Source: a virus
Direction: 5' to 3' (one strand)
DNA length: 64,000 nt
IMG/VR virus record: IMGVR_UViG_3300047094_002472
This document shows positions 54,408-63,740 of the stretch, piece by piece. The notes under the pieces were generated by a model. That model ran no database searches and had not been told where the DNA came from. It worked only from the letters and a program-made list of their open reading frames with translations. Both the position numbers and the translations under genes were made by a program. Each line of letters starts with the position of its first letter. The first letter of the stretch is position 1.

Positions 54408-55417
54408 TGTATTCCCATGGTCTCCTTAACCTTTGTCCATAAATCATTATAGACTTCAGGATGGTCTAATAGATACTGTCTTGTTTTCTCAAGACCCTGA
54501 AACTTTGGCTTTTCTTCCACCGAAGAAATAGTATACCACGCACCACCCTTAGATATTAACCCAAGGTCTACAGCGAGCGTGAGCAGTTCCATTTGTTTAT
54601 CTATACCCTGCCCGTACCTTAAATAACTAGTAATCTTTCCACCCGGCGCTCCTAGAGCAGAACAGACAACTTGCCAGTGAACCTCTTGCCCAATTTGTGG
54701 ACTATCTGTGGTAAGGTTCCATGGACTAAAGTAGTTGGCCTTGATCTTAATATCTGTTTGATATGCGATAGCCTGACCGCTCTTTTCTTTCCATTCACTA
54801 TGACCCATACCTGGATTACCCATTTGATGAGTAATACCAATCACTATATTCCTATTTACAGGAATCACATTAGCGACTTTTCTACAAAACTTAGCGAGTA
54901 ACTTTGCACCATCCGCTCTTTGCATCTTATTCATATCGCTTGTAATTTCTGTCTCGGTACATAGAGCAGAATATGAGTCTATGATAACAACAGATCCCGG
55001 CACTTCATTAATAATTCTTTCGGCTATTTGTAGGTATTCCTCTGCATGTAAGATTTTACCTTCTTGGGATCCTATGATATTAAATTTTTCTAGATTAAGT
55101 CCGGGTATACCTTCTAGATCTCGCTTTTTCAATCTACCTTCTATGTTCAGGTAGTACACTTCTCTCCCATCCTTAAATGACCCGTGAGCATATTCCTTTT
55201 TCTGTGCGGTTGCGCAAAAGTCTAGTGATGTTGTGGTTTTACCACACTTGGGTTGACCGGTAAAAATAACGAAAGAACCTTCTGGTATTCCGCCGTTCAA
55301 AACTACATCTAGTGCTGGACTTACCGGTATCGTTACTAGAGTTTTATCAATAACAGCATTGGCTGTTAACATTACATTATCACCAAAATTCTTCTTTACA
55401 TCTTCTTTAAGACTCAT
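54398..55417 (-). CDS. recA: RecA/UvsX-like recombinase
   Basis: SPALDVVLNGGIPEG, GQPKCGKTT, VIIDSYSAL, YGQGID, GGAWY. Confidence 0.88.
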   Translation of the reverse strand: MSLKEDVKKNFGDNVMLTANAVIDKTLVTIPVSPALDVVLNGGIPEGSFVIFTGQPKCGKTTTSLDFCATAQKKEYAHGSFKDGREVYYLNIEGRLKKRDLEGIPGLNLEKFNIIGSQEGKILHAEEYLQIAERIINEVPGSVVIIDSYSALCTETEITSDMNKMQRADGAKLLAKFCRKVANVIPVNRNIVIGITHQMGNPGMGHSEWKEKSGQAIAYQTDIKIKANYFSPWNLTTDSPQIGQEVHWQVVCSALGAPGGKITSYLRYGQGIDKQMELLTLAVDLGLISKGGAWYTISSVEEKPKFQGLEKTRQYLLDHPEVYNDLWTKVKETMGIQCK

Positions 55418-55832
55418 CATCTAGCCCCTTTAGTTTCGATATGATATTATTAGTAGTTCTTTCTTTTCTAAATACAGTTTTTTCTGTTCTGTCTAGTTCC
55501 AAAGAAAGTTCCTGGTTCCTTTGTGCTAACGCATTTTCTTCTTGTTCTATGATAGGTATAAGATGAGGCGCTCGCAGAGAGTAAATTTTTTCTGCCTTCT
55601 TGCTATTCAAGGCTTTTACTATTGAAGTATCAGAATAGGTTTTTAATAACTTATGTGCTGAAGCTATTTGATTACGGTAATAAGCCGCCCATGTTTTTGT
55701 TACCCAAAATCTATAGTGAAGATCCTGCTTATTTATTTTAGCTTTTCTTTCACATATTATCTCGGTAATATACTGAGCAGCCGATACAGTCTTCCCATTG
55801 GAATACTTGGACGGATATTTATTAGCAGACAT
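55407..55832 (-). CDS. Hypothetical protein
   Basis: 141-aa ORF coupled to recA. Confidence 0.65.
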   Translation of the reverse strand: MSANKYPSKYSNGKTVSAAQYITEIICERKAKINKQDLHYRFWVTKTWAAYYRNQIASAHKLLKTYSDTSIVKALNSKKAEKIYSLRAPHLIPIIEQEENALAQRNQELSLELDRTEKTVFRKERTTNNIISKLKGLDDES

Positions 55833-55838
55833 TTTGTC

Positions 55839-56174
55839 TTAGTTCTTGGGTCGAAATATAGCGTTTCTGGCTGTTCTAGAAATAATAGGTTCTGCTGATT
55901 TATTAACTTCTTCTGCCTTGGTAGATGCCGCAGCTGTCATAATACTAACTCCACCCCTATTGCCCTGAGTTTTAGTTATCATAAGCTCAGGATCCCTATT
56001 ATCAGTGCTGGATGTGGTTGTGGGAATGTTTGCCTTCTTAGTATTGATATTAAGTATTTTTTCGACCTGCTTTTGGGTCAGCCCTATCTCCTTTGCTATA
56101 TTCTTTATGTCCATTTGAATAGTAACATGAAGATATCTAGCAGCATACTCGTGTGTTTTCGTAACAGCTCCCAT
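55839..56174 (-). CDS. Hypothetical protein with N-terminal HTH
   Basis: IKNIAKEIGLTQKQVEKIL; GVSIMTAAAS motif. Confidence 0.6.
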   Translation of the reverse strand: MGAVTKTHEYAARYLHVTIQMDIKNIAKEIGLTQKQVEKILNINTKKANIPTTTSSTDNRDPELMITKTQGNRGGVSIMTAAASTKAEEVNKSAEPIISRTARNAIFRPKN

Positions 56175-56567
56175 TTAGATCAGCTCCCTTTCCGCATTGT
56201 TAAGCCATGCTATGTTTTTTGTTCTTAAAAAGTTAACGTACTGGTCAAAGATACCCTTATTAACCTCTGTAAAATTCCACTCATTCTTTCCTATTTTTGC
56301 TAAAAACTTTCCAGACGTACCTTCCGTATACATACCAATAGGGTTGTATATTCTGCCGTGGGTTCCGGTTTTAATAAAATACCTACTCGAAGCCGCTGTG
56401 CTCACGCTCTTTGCTAATACCTTTGAGCTATCTTTCAAAACCCTGGGATTATTGTTTTCGTCTAGAAATTCATGTTCTCCCAAAAAGCAATACAGTGTCT
56501 CTTTTCTTTCTGTATTGTAGGACTTATTAGCGTTAGGTGTGAAAATAAAGTCTTTTTCATTTTTCAT
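56175..56567 (-). CDS. Hypothetical protein
   Basis: 130-aa ORF in tightly packed operon. Confidence 0.65.
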   Translation of the reverse strand: MKNEKDFIFTPNANKSYNTERKETLYCFLGEHEFLDENNNPRVLKDSSKVLAKSVSTAASSRYFIKTGTHGRIYNPIGMYTEGTSGKFLAKIGKNEWNFTEVNKGIFDQYVNFLRTKNIAWLNNAERELI

Positions 56568-56570
56568 AGT

Positions 56571-56921
56571 TTATACCCACTTTGTTTTTGTTTTTTGCCT
56601 AGTCATTCTAGACATACCCTTTGGAAGAGGTGCATCCGGCTTATTCTCTTTGTATTCGTTGTGTTTTGTCTTAAGATACTGCTTTTCGTCATTGCTCATT
56701 CTGTCGGTGTTTCTTTTAGCTAAATCACCAACGGTCTTTAATTCAGAGTCGGATTTTTTAACGGAAGAACTAAGAGTAGCAGCATCCTCTGTATACATTC
56801 TATGAACAGAAACATTAGATTCACAAAATTCACAAGGAAGCTTGTCGTGATAATCTTTAATCGAACAAACTACTTCGTACTTCTTATTACAGGCTTCGCA
56901 AAAAAATGTATATGCAGGCAT
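56571..56921 (-). CDS. FmdB-family zinc-ribbon protein
   Basis: MPAYTFFCEACNKKYEV...CEFC; ATG 56921 overlaps upstream TAA. Confidence 0.8.
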   Translation of the reverse strand: MPAYTFFCEACNKKYEVVCSIKDYHDKLPCEFCESNVSVHRMYTEDAATLSSSVKKSDSELKTVGDLAKRNTDRMSNDEKQYLKTKHNEYKENKPDAPLPKGMSRMTRQKTKTKWV

Positions 56922-57502
56922 TATAAGTATGATTCCGGTAGATAGGCAGACCACTCTTCTGGCAATTCTTTCCTTATCTTAAACAGGAAGTGTGTGATAG
57001 GCAAGTATTTGGAACTCTTCTTTGGTGCTATTGGGAGATTATGTAGTGGCATATTAGCTTGTTTTGGCGTTCTATTTCCCTTTTTCCTATTGCACTCAAC
57101 ACACGCGGTTACTATGTTGGTCCAATTAGTCGGAGACCCCGACCTATCTTTCCATGAGGATTTGGGTATAACATGATCATAGGTTAGCTTATTAAGCTCT
57201 TGTCTAATCCCACAATATTGACAGCTATAATTATCTCGTATAAATAAATTCTTACGAGAAAAATTAACCCTTTGATCATGAATCCTAAAATATTTAGAAG
57301 TTTTTACAACCGCTGGGATAGGGTATTTTTTATTATTAACACCCTGAATAAAATCATTTTTATAGAAATCTATAATCTCCACCCTCGGCTTTTCATCCGC
57401 TTCGTTTTGCATCGACCATATTAAAGCTTTTTTCCACCCAATAATACCCAAAGCCGAATAATCTGCATTAAGAATTAAACATTTACTGTTTTCTATTTTC
57501 AT
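56921..57502 (-). CDS. HNH endonuclease (McrA-like)
   Basis: LILNADY; FSRKNLFIRDNYSCQYCG; TYDHVIPKS; WTNIVTACVECNRKKG. Confidence 0.9.
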   Translation of the reverse strand: MKIENSKCLILNADYSALGIIGWKKALIWSMQNEADEKPRVEIIDFYKNDFIQGVNNKKYPIPAVVKTSKYFRIHDQRVNFSRKNLFIRDNYSCQYCGIRQELNKLTYDHVIPKSSWKDRSGSPTNWTNIVTACVECNRKKGNRTPKQANMPLHNLPIAPKKSSKYLPITHFLFKIRKELPEEWSAYLPESYL

Positions 57503-58211
57503 AAGATTCTAAGCGTCCCAAAATCTTTGCTATAATTGGGTTTCTCACGATATCACTGGCTTCCAGTTGAGAAACGCCGATTCCTTCTAAACCATCAAGA
57601 GTTCTAATCAGATCAATAAACCCACCTTGAAGATGTCTGCTTAAATCTGATTGTCCAACGTCGCCAGTCAATACCATTTTACTCTCTTGTCCGGTTCTAG
57701 TCAAGAGCATTTTCAGTTGATCGTATGATGCGTTCTGACACTCATCCGCTACGATAAAAGAGTTATGGAAGTTACGTCCTCTCATAAGACCAAGAGGCAC
57801 CACCTCTATCTTATTATTAAGTCTTAGTGAAGCATATTGTGCAGATGATATGAAGTGGTTTATCTCGTCTATAATGGGTAATAGATAGGGGTGCAGTTTT
57901 TCTTCTGCTGTTCCGGGAAGATATCCAATCTTTTCTCCTGCTTCTATTACTGGTCTGGTAATAATAATCTTTTTGACTTTTTCATCTAATAGGTACTCTA
58001 TAGCCATACCTATAGCGATATGTGTTTTACCAGAACCAGCAAGGCCCTGACAAAAGGTTATGGTATTTTCCGCTATGTTCCTAATGTAGTCTCTTTGATT
58101 TTCTGTTCTTGGTTTCAGTCTGTTTCTATAAGCATATCCATTACTGTTTATTTCATTTGTTAAGTCTATGACCTTAGACTTCTTCTTGGACCCTTTATTG
58201 TTTTTTCTCAA
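57483..58211 (-). CDS. phoH: PhoH-family ATPase
   Basis: GLAGSGKT, ITRPVIEAGEKIGYLPG, MRGRNF, DECQN, GDVGQSDL, DIVRNP. Confidence 0.95.
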   Translation of the reverse strand: MRKNNKGSKKKSKVIDLTNEINSNGYAYRNRLKPRTENQRDYIRNIAENTITFCQGLAGSGKTHIAIGMAIEYLLDEKVKKIIITRPVIEAGEKIGYLPGTAEEKLHPYLLPIIDEINHFISSAQYASLRLNNKIEVVPLGLMRGRNFHNSFIVADECQNASYDQLKMLLTRTGQESKMVLTGDVGQSDLSRHLQGGFIDLIRTLDGLEGIGVSQLEASDIVRNPIIAKILGRLESYENRKQ

Positions 58212-58260
58212 GGTGTGTCCTTTATTATGAGATATGATATATTAAAAATACGCTATACTT

Positions 58261-58267
58261 ATACACC
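58261..58267 (-). promoter_or_regulatory. KGTGTAT putative promoter (phoH operon)
   Basis: GGTGTATAA in intergenic gap, 49 nt upstream of start 58211. Confidence 0.5.
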
Positions 58268-58293
58268 CTTTAATCATTTATATATGGATATAT

Positions 58294-60486
58294 TTATAGT
58301 AAACATGCCCCTCCAGCGCAGCTAACCTCTTCTATTCCGGCCGTATTATCTTCTGTTTCAGAAAGCTGCGTATAATCAACCTTCTTAAAACTATCAAATA
58401 AATCACAATATATTTTCCAATTATAAACGTCCTTCATGCAATAGGTTAGTCTCTTAAGGTCGTCCTCAAAGTACTTACTTGCGAACCTTCTCATCTTGGT
58501 TAAGAATAATAACTTATTTTCTTCGTCATCAATCTTGTTCTGAGACATAATAATATAGTCACAAGCGGCCCAAAGGTTATTGTTAAAAGCATTTAGTCCT
58601 AACTCTATTAGACCAGAACACCACAGAGCCGCATCACCATATTCTTTTACAATTTCTCTACTAGTATAAACGGTAGTGAATGGGGCTTGTGGATAATCCT
58701 TATCACCGCTTTGTGGAATAAGCGATATGCCAGCAAAATACTTTCTATTATCATAGATGTATCTTGTTACATCGTCCCACTCATCCGGTTTAACCGTAAC
58801 AGTATTGCTAACATTATGACTCAAATACTCTTGAGTACACAGTGCTCTATTTTTACCAGAATTAACCCAATTTTTTTGTGTTTCCTTTACCACCTGTAGC
58901 ATCTCTACTGCTGGTAATTGATTCTTTAATTTTGCCCCGTCCGGAACCTCAATAGGAAACTTGATTACTTCGTCTGTATTATTGGCCGACCACGAGGATT
59001 TTTCGCAGGCTTGCGGGTTTAGTTTCTTGAAGTGTTGGTATGGTGCTTCTAAAACGTTCGCCTGTACGTGCCTGATATAGCGTTTAGCGTGGTGTGGGTG
59101 GATACCCGAGCTTGTACCCAACATACTACTACTAGTACCCTCTGGCTTTAAACAGGTCACTCTAGCGGCTTGATTAATACTAATCTTTTTGGATATTTGC
59201 TTATTGGTGTCTACGGCAATTTTTGCACCCTTGGTTAATACGTTTTCGGATAATACCAAATCGTGCTTTTCCATAGTGCCGGTTAGCGAAACACCAAGCA
59301 GTGCTTCTCTATTAAAAATATTTTCACTAATCTTGCCAAGATAGTCTAGCTTAGTAAAACCAGCTTGTAAAGTGCCGATAATGGCTGCTGCCTTGCATCT
59401 CTCATAAAAGTCTTCTTCGTCAACAACGCTAGAGCAATTAATAGTCGATAGGTTACAGCCCTGCCAACCACTTTTTCCGGTTTGTTCATCAATTGGCCAC
59501 ATGCCTATTTCTACGCATGGATTAAAAATCATTTCTGTTGATTCGCTCCAAATAAATCCTGGCTCGCCAAACTCTTTCACAGATTGCATGAGAGTATTAA
59601 ATTCTTCGAACGTAGTCTCATTCTTAAGAAGTAGGGCCGAGTTGTTACTTCTTGCCCTTTGCGGATTTTCTACATACCAGTTTCCGGTCTTGGCCTTGGC
59701 CATTTCTTCATCATCAGGACTAAAGAGAGCCAAGGATGCGCTTCTGCGTACACCGCCAGATAGAACAGCATCGCTACTATGCATTACGATATCATATGCA
59801 TCAATTGGTCGAAGTCTTTTTTGACCATTGGCCACGCATCTGTCTAATAAGGCTCGAATTTTTTCTAGACCCTTTTGCAGCGGTTCAAAGCCTGGGGCTT
59901 TACCAACGCCAGAACTTAACGAAGACCCCTTAGTTCTAATATTTGAGTAATCAAAAACAATGTGGCAATTTTTGTATTCTTTAAACTCGTCTACTGGCTT
60001 ACTAAAGTAAGAACTTAGCAGAACTCCCAAAGCGTCCGCCCAGCCTTCTATACTATCTTCTATAACGTATTTTGTACCGATATCCTGCTCTACTTCATGT
60101 TCTAGTGTTGGCAGCTTGGCGACATGGTGTTTTTGTACGCTAAAGCCCGTCCCGCTCCCGCAGAGCAGTAGCCAAAAACATTCCTGAAAAAACCTCAACC
60201 TGTCACAGTATGAACTTGTGCAATTATAGATCTTGGCGTGTCTCTTTAGAATGGGATCTCCGCCAAACTGTAGCGCTCTTTGACTACCTAGAACCTTCTT
60301 CTTATACATCATATCGTATGCCCAGTTGATTTCTTCCGAAATCCCGTAGGAATCATACTTAGAATGCATCATGTTTTTGACGCGCTCAACCGCTTCTTTC
60401 CATGTCTCTCTACGATTCTTGTCTTCGATCCATCTGGCATATTTACTAACAAATGTATAATTCTGTAGTTCTTGTAGAGCAGACAT
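58294..60486 (-). CDS. nrdJ: Class II (adenosylcobalamin-dependent) ribonucleotide reductase
   Basis: YNC, GSGTGFS, GGVRRSA, SNNS, NPCVEI, GCNL, TCLKPEGT, C-terminal CAGGAC; no nrdB nearby. Confidence 0.88.
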   Translation of the reverse strand: MSALQELQNYTFVSKYARWIEDKNRRETWKEAVERVKNMMHSKYDSYGISEEINWAYDMMYKKKVLGSQRALQFGGDPILKRHAKIYNCTSSYCDRLRFFQECFWLLLCGSGTGFSVQKHHVAKLPTLEHEVEQDIGTKYVIEDSIEGWADALGVLLSSYFSKPVDEFKEYKNCHIVFDYSNIRTKGSSLSSGVGKAPGFEPLQKGLEKIRALLDRCVANGQKRLRPIDAYDIVMHSSDAVLSGGVRRSASLALFSPDDEEMAKAKTGNWYVENPQRARSNNSALLLKNETTFEEFNTLMQSVKEFGEPGFIWSESTEMIFNPCVEIGMWPIDEQTGKSGWQGCNLSTINCSSVVDEEDFYERCKAAAIIGTLQAGFTKLDYLGKISENIFNREALLGVSLTGTMEKHDLVLSENVLTKGAKIAVDTNKQISKKISINQAARVTCLKPEGTSSSMLGTSSGIHPHHAKRYIRHVQANVLEAPYQHFKKLNPQACEKSSWSANNTDEVIKFPIEVPDGAKLKNQLPAVEMLQVVKETQKNWVNSGKNRALCTQEYLSHNVSNTVTVKPDEWDDVTRYIYDNRKYFAGISLIPQSGDKDYPQAPFTTVYTSREIVKEYGDAALWCSGLIELGLNAFNNNLWAACDYIIMSQNKIDDEENKLLFLTKMRRFASKYFEDDLKRLTYCMKDVYNWKIYCDLFDSFKKVDYTQLSETEDNTAGIEEVSCAGGACLL

Positions 60487-60487
60487 C

Positions 60488-60622
60488 TCATCTCCTGTTT
60501 AAAATTATTGAAAGTAAACCTAGCACTATTATCGCACGAAAACTATTTTCTTGCATTGTGCGATCATTATAAATAAGCGCATATACATATAAACCAATAG
60601 ATATATAAAAACATATTGTCAT
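60488..60622 (-). CDS. 44-aa two-TM membrane peptide (below ORF-track cutoff)
   Basis: MTICFYISIGLYVYALIYNDRTMQENSFRAIIVLGLLSIILNRR; ATGA overlap with deaminase stop and ends just before nrdJ start. Confidence 0.55.
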   Translation of the reverse strand: MTICFYISIGLYVYALIYNDRTMQENSFRAIIVLGLLSIILNRR

Positions 60623-61095
60623 ATTACACCAGACAAATCTTTCAACCACGAAAGATCCGGATTGACTTTGAATATTTTTATACCACTCATGGTAACAAAA
60701 GTATCAAATCTTTGCTGTGCATCAGAATCAAATAAGTGAGTTCCATGATCATCTATCATATAAACAGTACCCACGCCCTCTTGCCAAAGAGCCATAATGC
60801 AATCATTACAGCATTGACCGGTTACATAAGCAATTCCATTATCCGGCCTAACTACGCAATTAGATAATGCGTTTCTTTCAGAGTGTACCATCCATGGATA
60901 TTTTTCTGGCCTAGATGTTGGTAATTTTTCATCGTCCAATCCTCTTGGAAATCCATTGTATCCCACACCAAGAATTCTATGATTCTGGTCAGTAATTACG
61001 CAGCCGTGTTTTGTGTGTATATCGTGGCTACGTTGAGATACAACCTTGGCCAATCCCAAGAAATAGTCAGTCCATTGTGGTCGTTGGTGCTTCAT
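60619..61095 (-). CDS. dCMP deaminase (ComEB-like)
   Basis: GVGYNGFPRG, VHSERNAL, CCNDC. Confidence 0.92.
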   Translation of the reverse strand: MKHQRPQWTDYFLGLAKVVSQRSHDIHTKHGCVITDQNHRILGVGYNGFPRGLDDEKLPTSRPEKYPWMVHSERNALSNCVVRPDNGIAYVTGQCCNDCIMALWQEGVGTVYMIDDHGTHLFDSDAQQRFDTFVTMSGIKIFKVNPDLSWLKDLSGVI

Positions 61096-61103
61096 GATCC
61101 CTT

Positions 61104-61131
61104 ATTGTATCAAGGATCAGTTCGTAGTCAA
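61104..61131 (-). promoter_or_regulatory. sigma70-like promoter, probably giving a near-leaderless dCMP deaminase mRNA
   Basis: TTGACT, 16 nt, TACAAT; ATG only 8 nt after the -10 box. Confidence 0.6.
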
Positions 61132-61140
61132 GCGTGTATT

Positions 61141-61395
61141 TTACTTGGAGACAAGTTTATTATATAGGAGCAAACTTAATACGCCGCCAGCAACTCCCAT
61201 AAAAATACCAGCTGGACTAAGACTTTGGTATGTTCCTAATAGATATAAAACAGCGCCGCCCATATATGAGCCAGCAACCCCTAGGGCAATTGTTTTGGTC
61301 ATATTGAAATTCTCATCGCCCGGCACCAAGCTTTTGGCTATGGAACCAACAAATAAACCATAAACACACCATACTAAAATATTAAACATTTGCAT
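61141..61395 (-). CDS. GlsB/YeaQ/YmgE (transglycosylase-associated) family 3-TM membrane protein; holin candidate
   Basis: GLFVGSIAKSLVPG..TIALGVAGSYMGG..GVAGGVLSL. Confidence 0.8.
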   Translation of the reverse strand: MQMFNILVWCVYGLFVGSIAKSLVPGDENFNMTKTIALGVAGSYMGGAVLYLLGTYQSLSPAGIFMGVAGGVLSLLLYNKLVSK

Positions 61396-61789
61396 TCTCC
61401 ACTAAGGTTTTAATTTCATCGTCCGTGAGGGTTTCTCCTATACTTAATATTGATTCTATAAGCTTAAATCCGTATTGTTCGTACTCTTCTTTGGTCATTT
61501 CTCTCTTTAGTACTCTTTTTATTCTTAGGCGAGTGAACCAGCCTCTTTTATTGCTAAATTCTTTTATCTCTTCTCCGTATGCTGCACATTTTTCGTCATG
61601 TGTCATATACTGAGTTCTATTTTTATTGCATTCCTGTAATATACGAATAGAGGTCAAAATAACACTAATAATCATTAGTATAGCTATTACACTACCAAAT
61701 TTTTCATCACCAGCCAAACCCGCGTCTACCAGAACCTTTTTAGCTATCGCCTCTAGTTTCTCAGAGTCTTGTTTATTTGGCTTATGCAT
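61382..61789 (-). CDS. Single-TM membrane protein
   Basis: FGSVIAILMIISVILTSIRILQEC hydrophobic segment. Confidence 0.65.
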   Translation of the reverse strand: MHKPNKQDSEKLEAIAKKVLVDAGLAGDEKFGSVIAILMIISVILTSIRILQECNKNRTQYMTHDEKCAAYGEEIKEFSNKRGWFTRLRIKRVLKREMTKEEYEQYGFKLIESILSIGETLTDDEIKTLVENANV

Positions 61790-61791
61790 AA

Positions 61792-62082
61792 TTATTTTTT
61801 ACTCACCTTGGTTTTGCACTGACCATCTTCGCACTCCGACTGACTCGCACCTTCTTCTGGTTCGCAATATCCGCAGTCAACTTTTTTAATGTTGTCTCCG
61901 CTCATATACCAACCTTTGCCTTTGCAAACTGGGCAGTCTTTTCTTTTGTATTTTTTTGTATTCTCAATGCTTTTTGCTTTGATTATGGCGCCAGATAAAG
62001 TTACTACTGCTGTTGTTGATCCATAATAAGATGAACCAAATAACATAGTATAAATTACCAAACCAGAAATTAATTTATTCAT
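61792..62082 (-). CDS. Membrane-anchored/secreted protein with DnaJ-like CxxCxGxG motif
   Basis: Hydrophobic N-terminus; CPVCKGKG..CGYC..CEDGQC; ATG 62082 overlaps upstream TAA. Confidence 0.65.
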   Translation of the reverse strand: MNKLISGLVIYTMLFGSSYYGSTTAVVTLSGAIIKAKSIENTKKYKRKDCPVCKGKGWYMSGDNIKKVDCGYCEPEEGASQSECEDGQCKTKVSKK

Positions 62083-62258
62083 TATTTTCTCCAAGGGAGT
62101 GGAACAATATCTATTAATCTCTTAAGAGGTTTTGGTCTAACGGGTTTAGAGGGATTGTTTACGGGTGATTTATCCGCAAAAATTTTAGCTAAACGAATTA
62201 CAAGATCGGCTATAATAGAAATTAGCCTATTTAAAGCGATTTTATCAATAAGTCTCAT
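62082..62258 (-). CDS. 58-aa basic amphipathic peptide (below ORF-track cutoff)
   Basis: MRLIDKIALNRLISIIADLVIRLAKIFADKSPVNNPSKPVRPKPLKRLIDIVPLPWRK; AAAGGG RBS; TAATG overlap. Confidence 0.6.
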   Translation of the reverse strand: MRLIDKIALNRLISIIADLVIRLAKIFADKSPVNNPSKPVRPKPLKRLIDIVPLPWRK

Positions 62259-62299
62259 CGGTCAACCCTTTTAAAAAGGACTTCTCTAATAATATTTAG

Positions 62300-62306
62300 A
62301 TACACC
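62300..62306 (-). promoter_or_regulatory. KGTGTAT putative late promoter (membrane-protein cluster)
   Basis: GGTGTAT in intergenic gap, 41 nt upstream of ATG 62258. Confidence 0.5.
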
Positions 62307-62310
62307 GATT

Positions 62311-63237
62311 TTATAGATAGCTATCAAAACCGTAGTCTGGTAGTTTTTGCAGAGGAAAGCCGTTGAAACTAGAGAATGAGTATGACCCGTTTTGTTTCAA
62401 CATGCCTTCGGCCACATCAGAATGGATTAGGAAAGAGCCGTCTGGTATTGGACCCCACTCTGGATGTCCACCATCATTCCATTTACCCCAGCTATTTTGT
62501 ACTAAAAAGCTTGTATCACCTTTGGTGTCGTCACAAGCAATAAAAGCCATACAATGAGCCCAACTTCCGCTAGTTCTAGAGTAGCCCTTGCTATCTCTCT
62601 TATTACTAAAGCCATAATTAGAACAAACAGCTATTCCATATCCATTAGCTAGGGCGTCGCGAGCTTCTTCTACTGTTCTTACCAACGAAGCTGTTTTAAT
62701 TTGGTGGTCATTAGCCAGATCTATTACCGCATCTGGAACGCCTCGACCGCCCCAACCAGCTCCCAGCATACCATTATATTTAGTTAGATCCACAACGCCC
62801 TTATAATTTTGTCTAACAAGAATACCGCCAATTTTACTAACAAACTCAGCAGCCTTACTGCCGGTCATGCCTTCGCCACTCCATCCTCTACTACCATAGA
62901 TTGCTTCAGTAGCACCTCTCGCTATCCATGCTTCTCTTTCTCCCCCAACATGTATTTCTACAGCTCTGCTAATGTCGCAGGCGTTTCTCGTTCCATGGCT
63001 TACGCAATCCCCAGTAACTTGTCTTTCTTCGTATGGTTTTTTATCAAACTGATATACAGATTTGTATGGTAGGCTTAATTTGTTTTTTCCAGTATTAGTA
63101 ATTCTTTTACTAGCATCACCAAACAATGGATACTTTAAAGTTTCCATCAAGTGGTCAAACTCTTTTTGATTCCACAATGCGCCTTCGTATCCCTGTCTAT
63201 ATTTATTATACCATTCTTGGGGTGTTAGTCTTGGCAT
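62311..63237 (-). CDS. Papain-like (C1 family) cysteine peptidase
   Basis: Q..GDCVSHG (oxyanion Gln and catalytic Cys), WAHCM (His), VQNSWG (Asn). Confidence 0.88.
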   Translation of the reverse strand: MPRLTPQEWYNKYRQGYEGALWNQKEFDHLMETLKYPLFGDASKRITNTGKNKLSLPYKSVYQFDKKPYEERQVTGDCVSHGTRNACDISRAVEIHVGGEREAWIARGATEAIYGSRGWSGEGMTGSKAAEFVSKIGGILVRQNYKGVVDLTKYNGMLGAGWGGRGVPDAVIDLANDHQIKTASLVRTVEEARDALANGYGIAVCSNYGFSNKRDSKGYSRTSGSWAHCMAFIACDDTKGDTSFLVQNSWGKWNDGGHPEWGPIPDGSFLIHSDVAEGMLKQNGSYSFSSFNGFPLQKLPDYGFDSYL

Positions 63238-63740
63238 TATTTACTAGCCTCATTATATGCCCACGCAAGAGCATTAAAACCTTCTACAGCTTTTACTCTT
63301 AATTCTGGTGATAGATTAATATTATCATCACCAACAGCAGCCACAACCACCTCTTTGGACTCTTTAGCCAAGTCGGGATATTTACCCTTAATATCTAAAC
63401 GCAACATAACCCCCGACAAACTATTAGCCTGACGAATTTCTTCGGTATTTTTAATAACAGTATCCTCACCATCCAACTCCACTAGTCTGCCCAAATCCAA
63501 CATTAGATCTCTCAATCTCTTGAGGTCTGACTTAGCAGCACTATAAGACTTTAATAGAGATACTACTTCTTCTGCCTCTTTTTTAAGATTGGCTTCTGTT
63601 GGGGCTGGTAGCTCTAGAACATCTATTGCTACGGGTCTGTTGGGCAGAACTAATAGGTTTGAGAGGTCTGGTTTAATTAGACCAATAATTATTAGTATCG
63701 CACCAACGACCAATACTAAATTTTTTGTATTCAAAGTCAT
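63237..63740 (-). CDS. Membrane-anchored helical protein
   Basis: LVLVVGAILIIIGLI N-terminal TM; ATG 63740; TAATG overlap with peptidase. Confidence 0.65.
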   Translation of the reverse strand: MTLNTKNLVLVVGAILIIIGLIKPDLSNLLVLPNRPVAIDVLELPAPTEANLKKEAEEVVSLLKSYSAAKSDLKRLRDLMLDLGRLVELDGEDTVIKNTEEIRQANSLSGVMLRLDIKGKYPDLAKESKEVVVAAVGDDNINLSPELRVKAVEGFNALAWAYNEASK

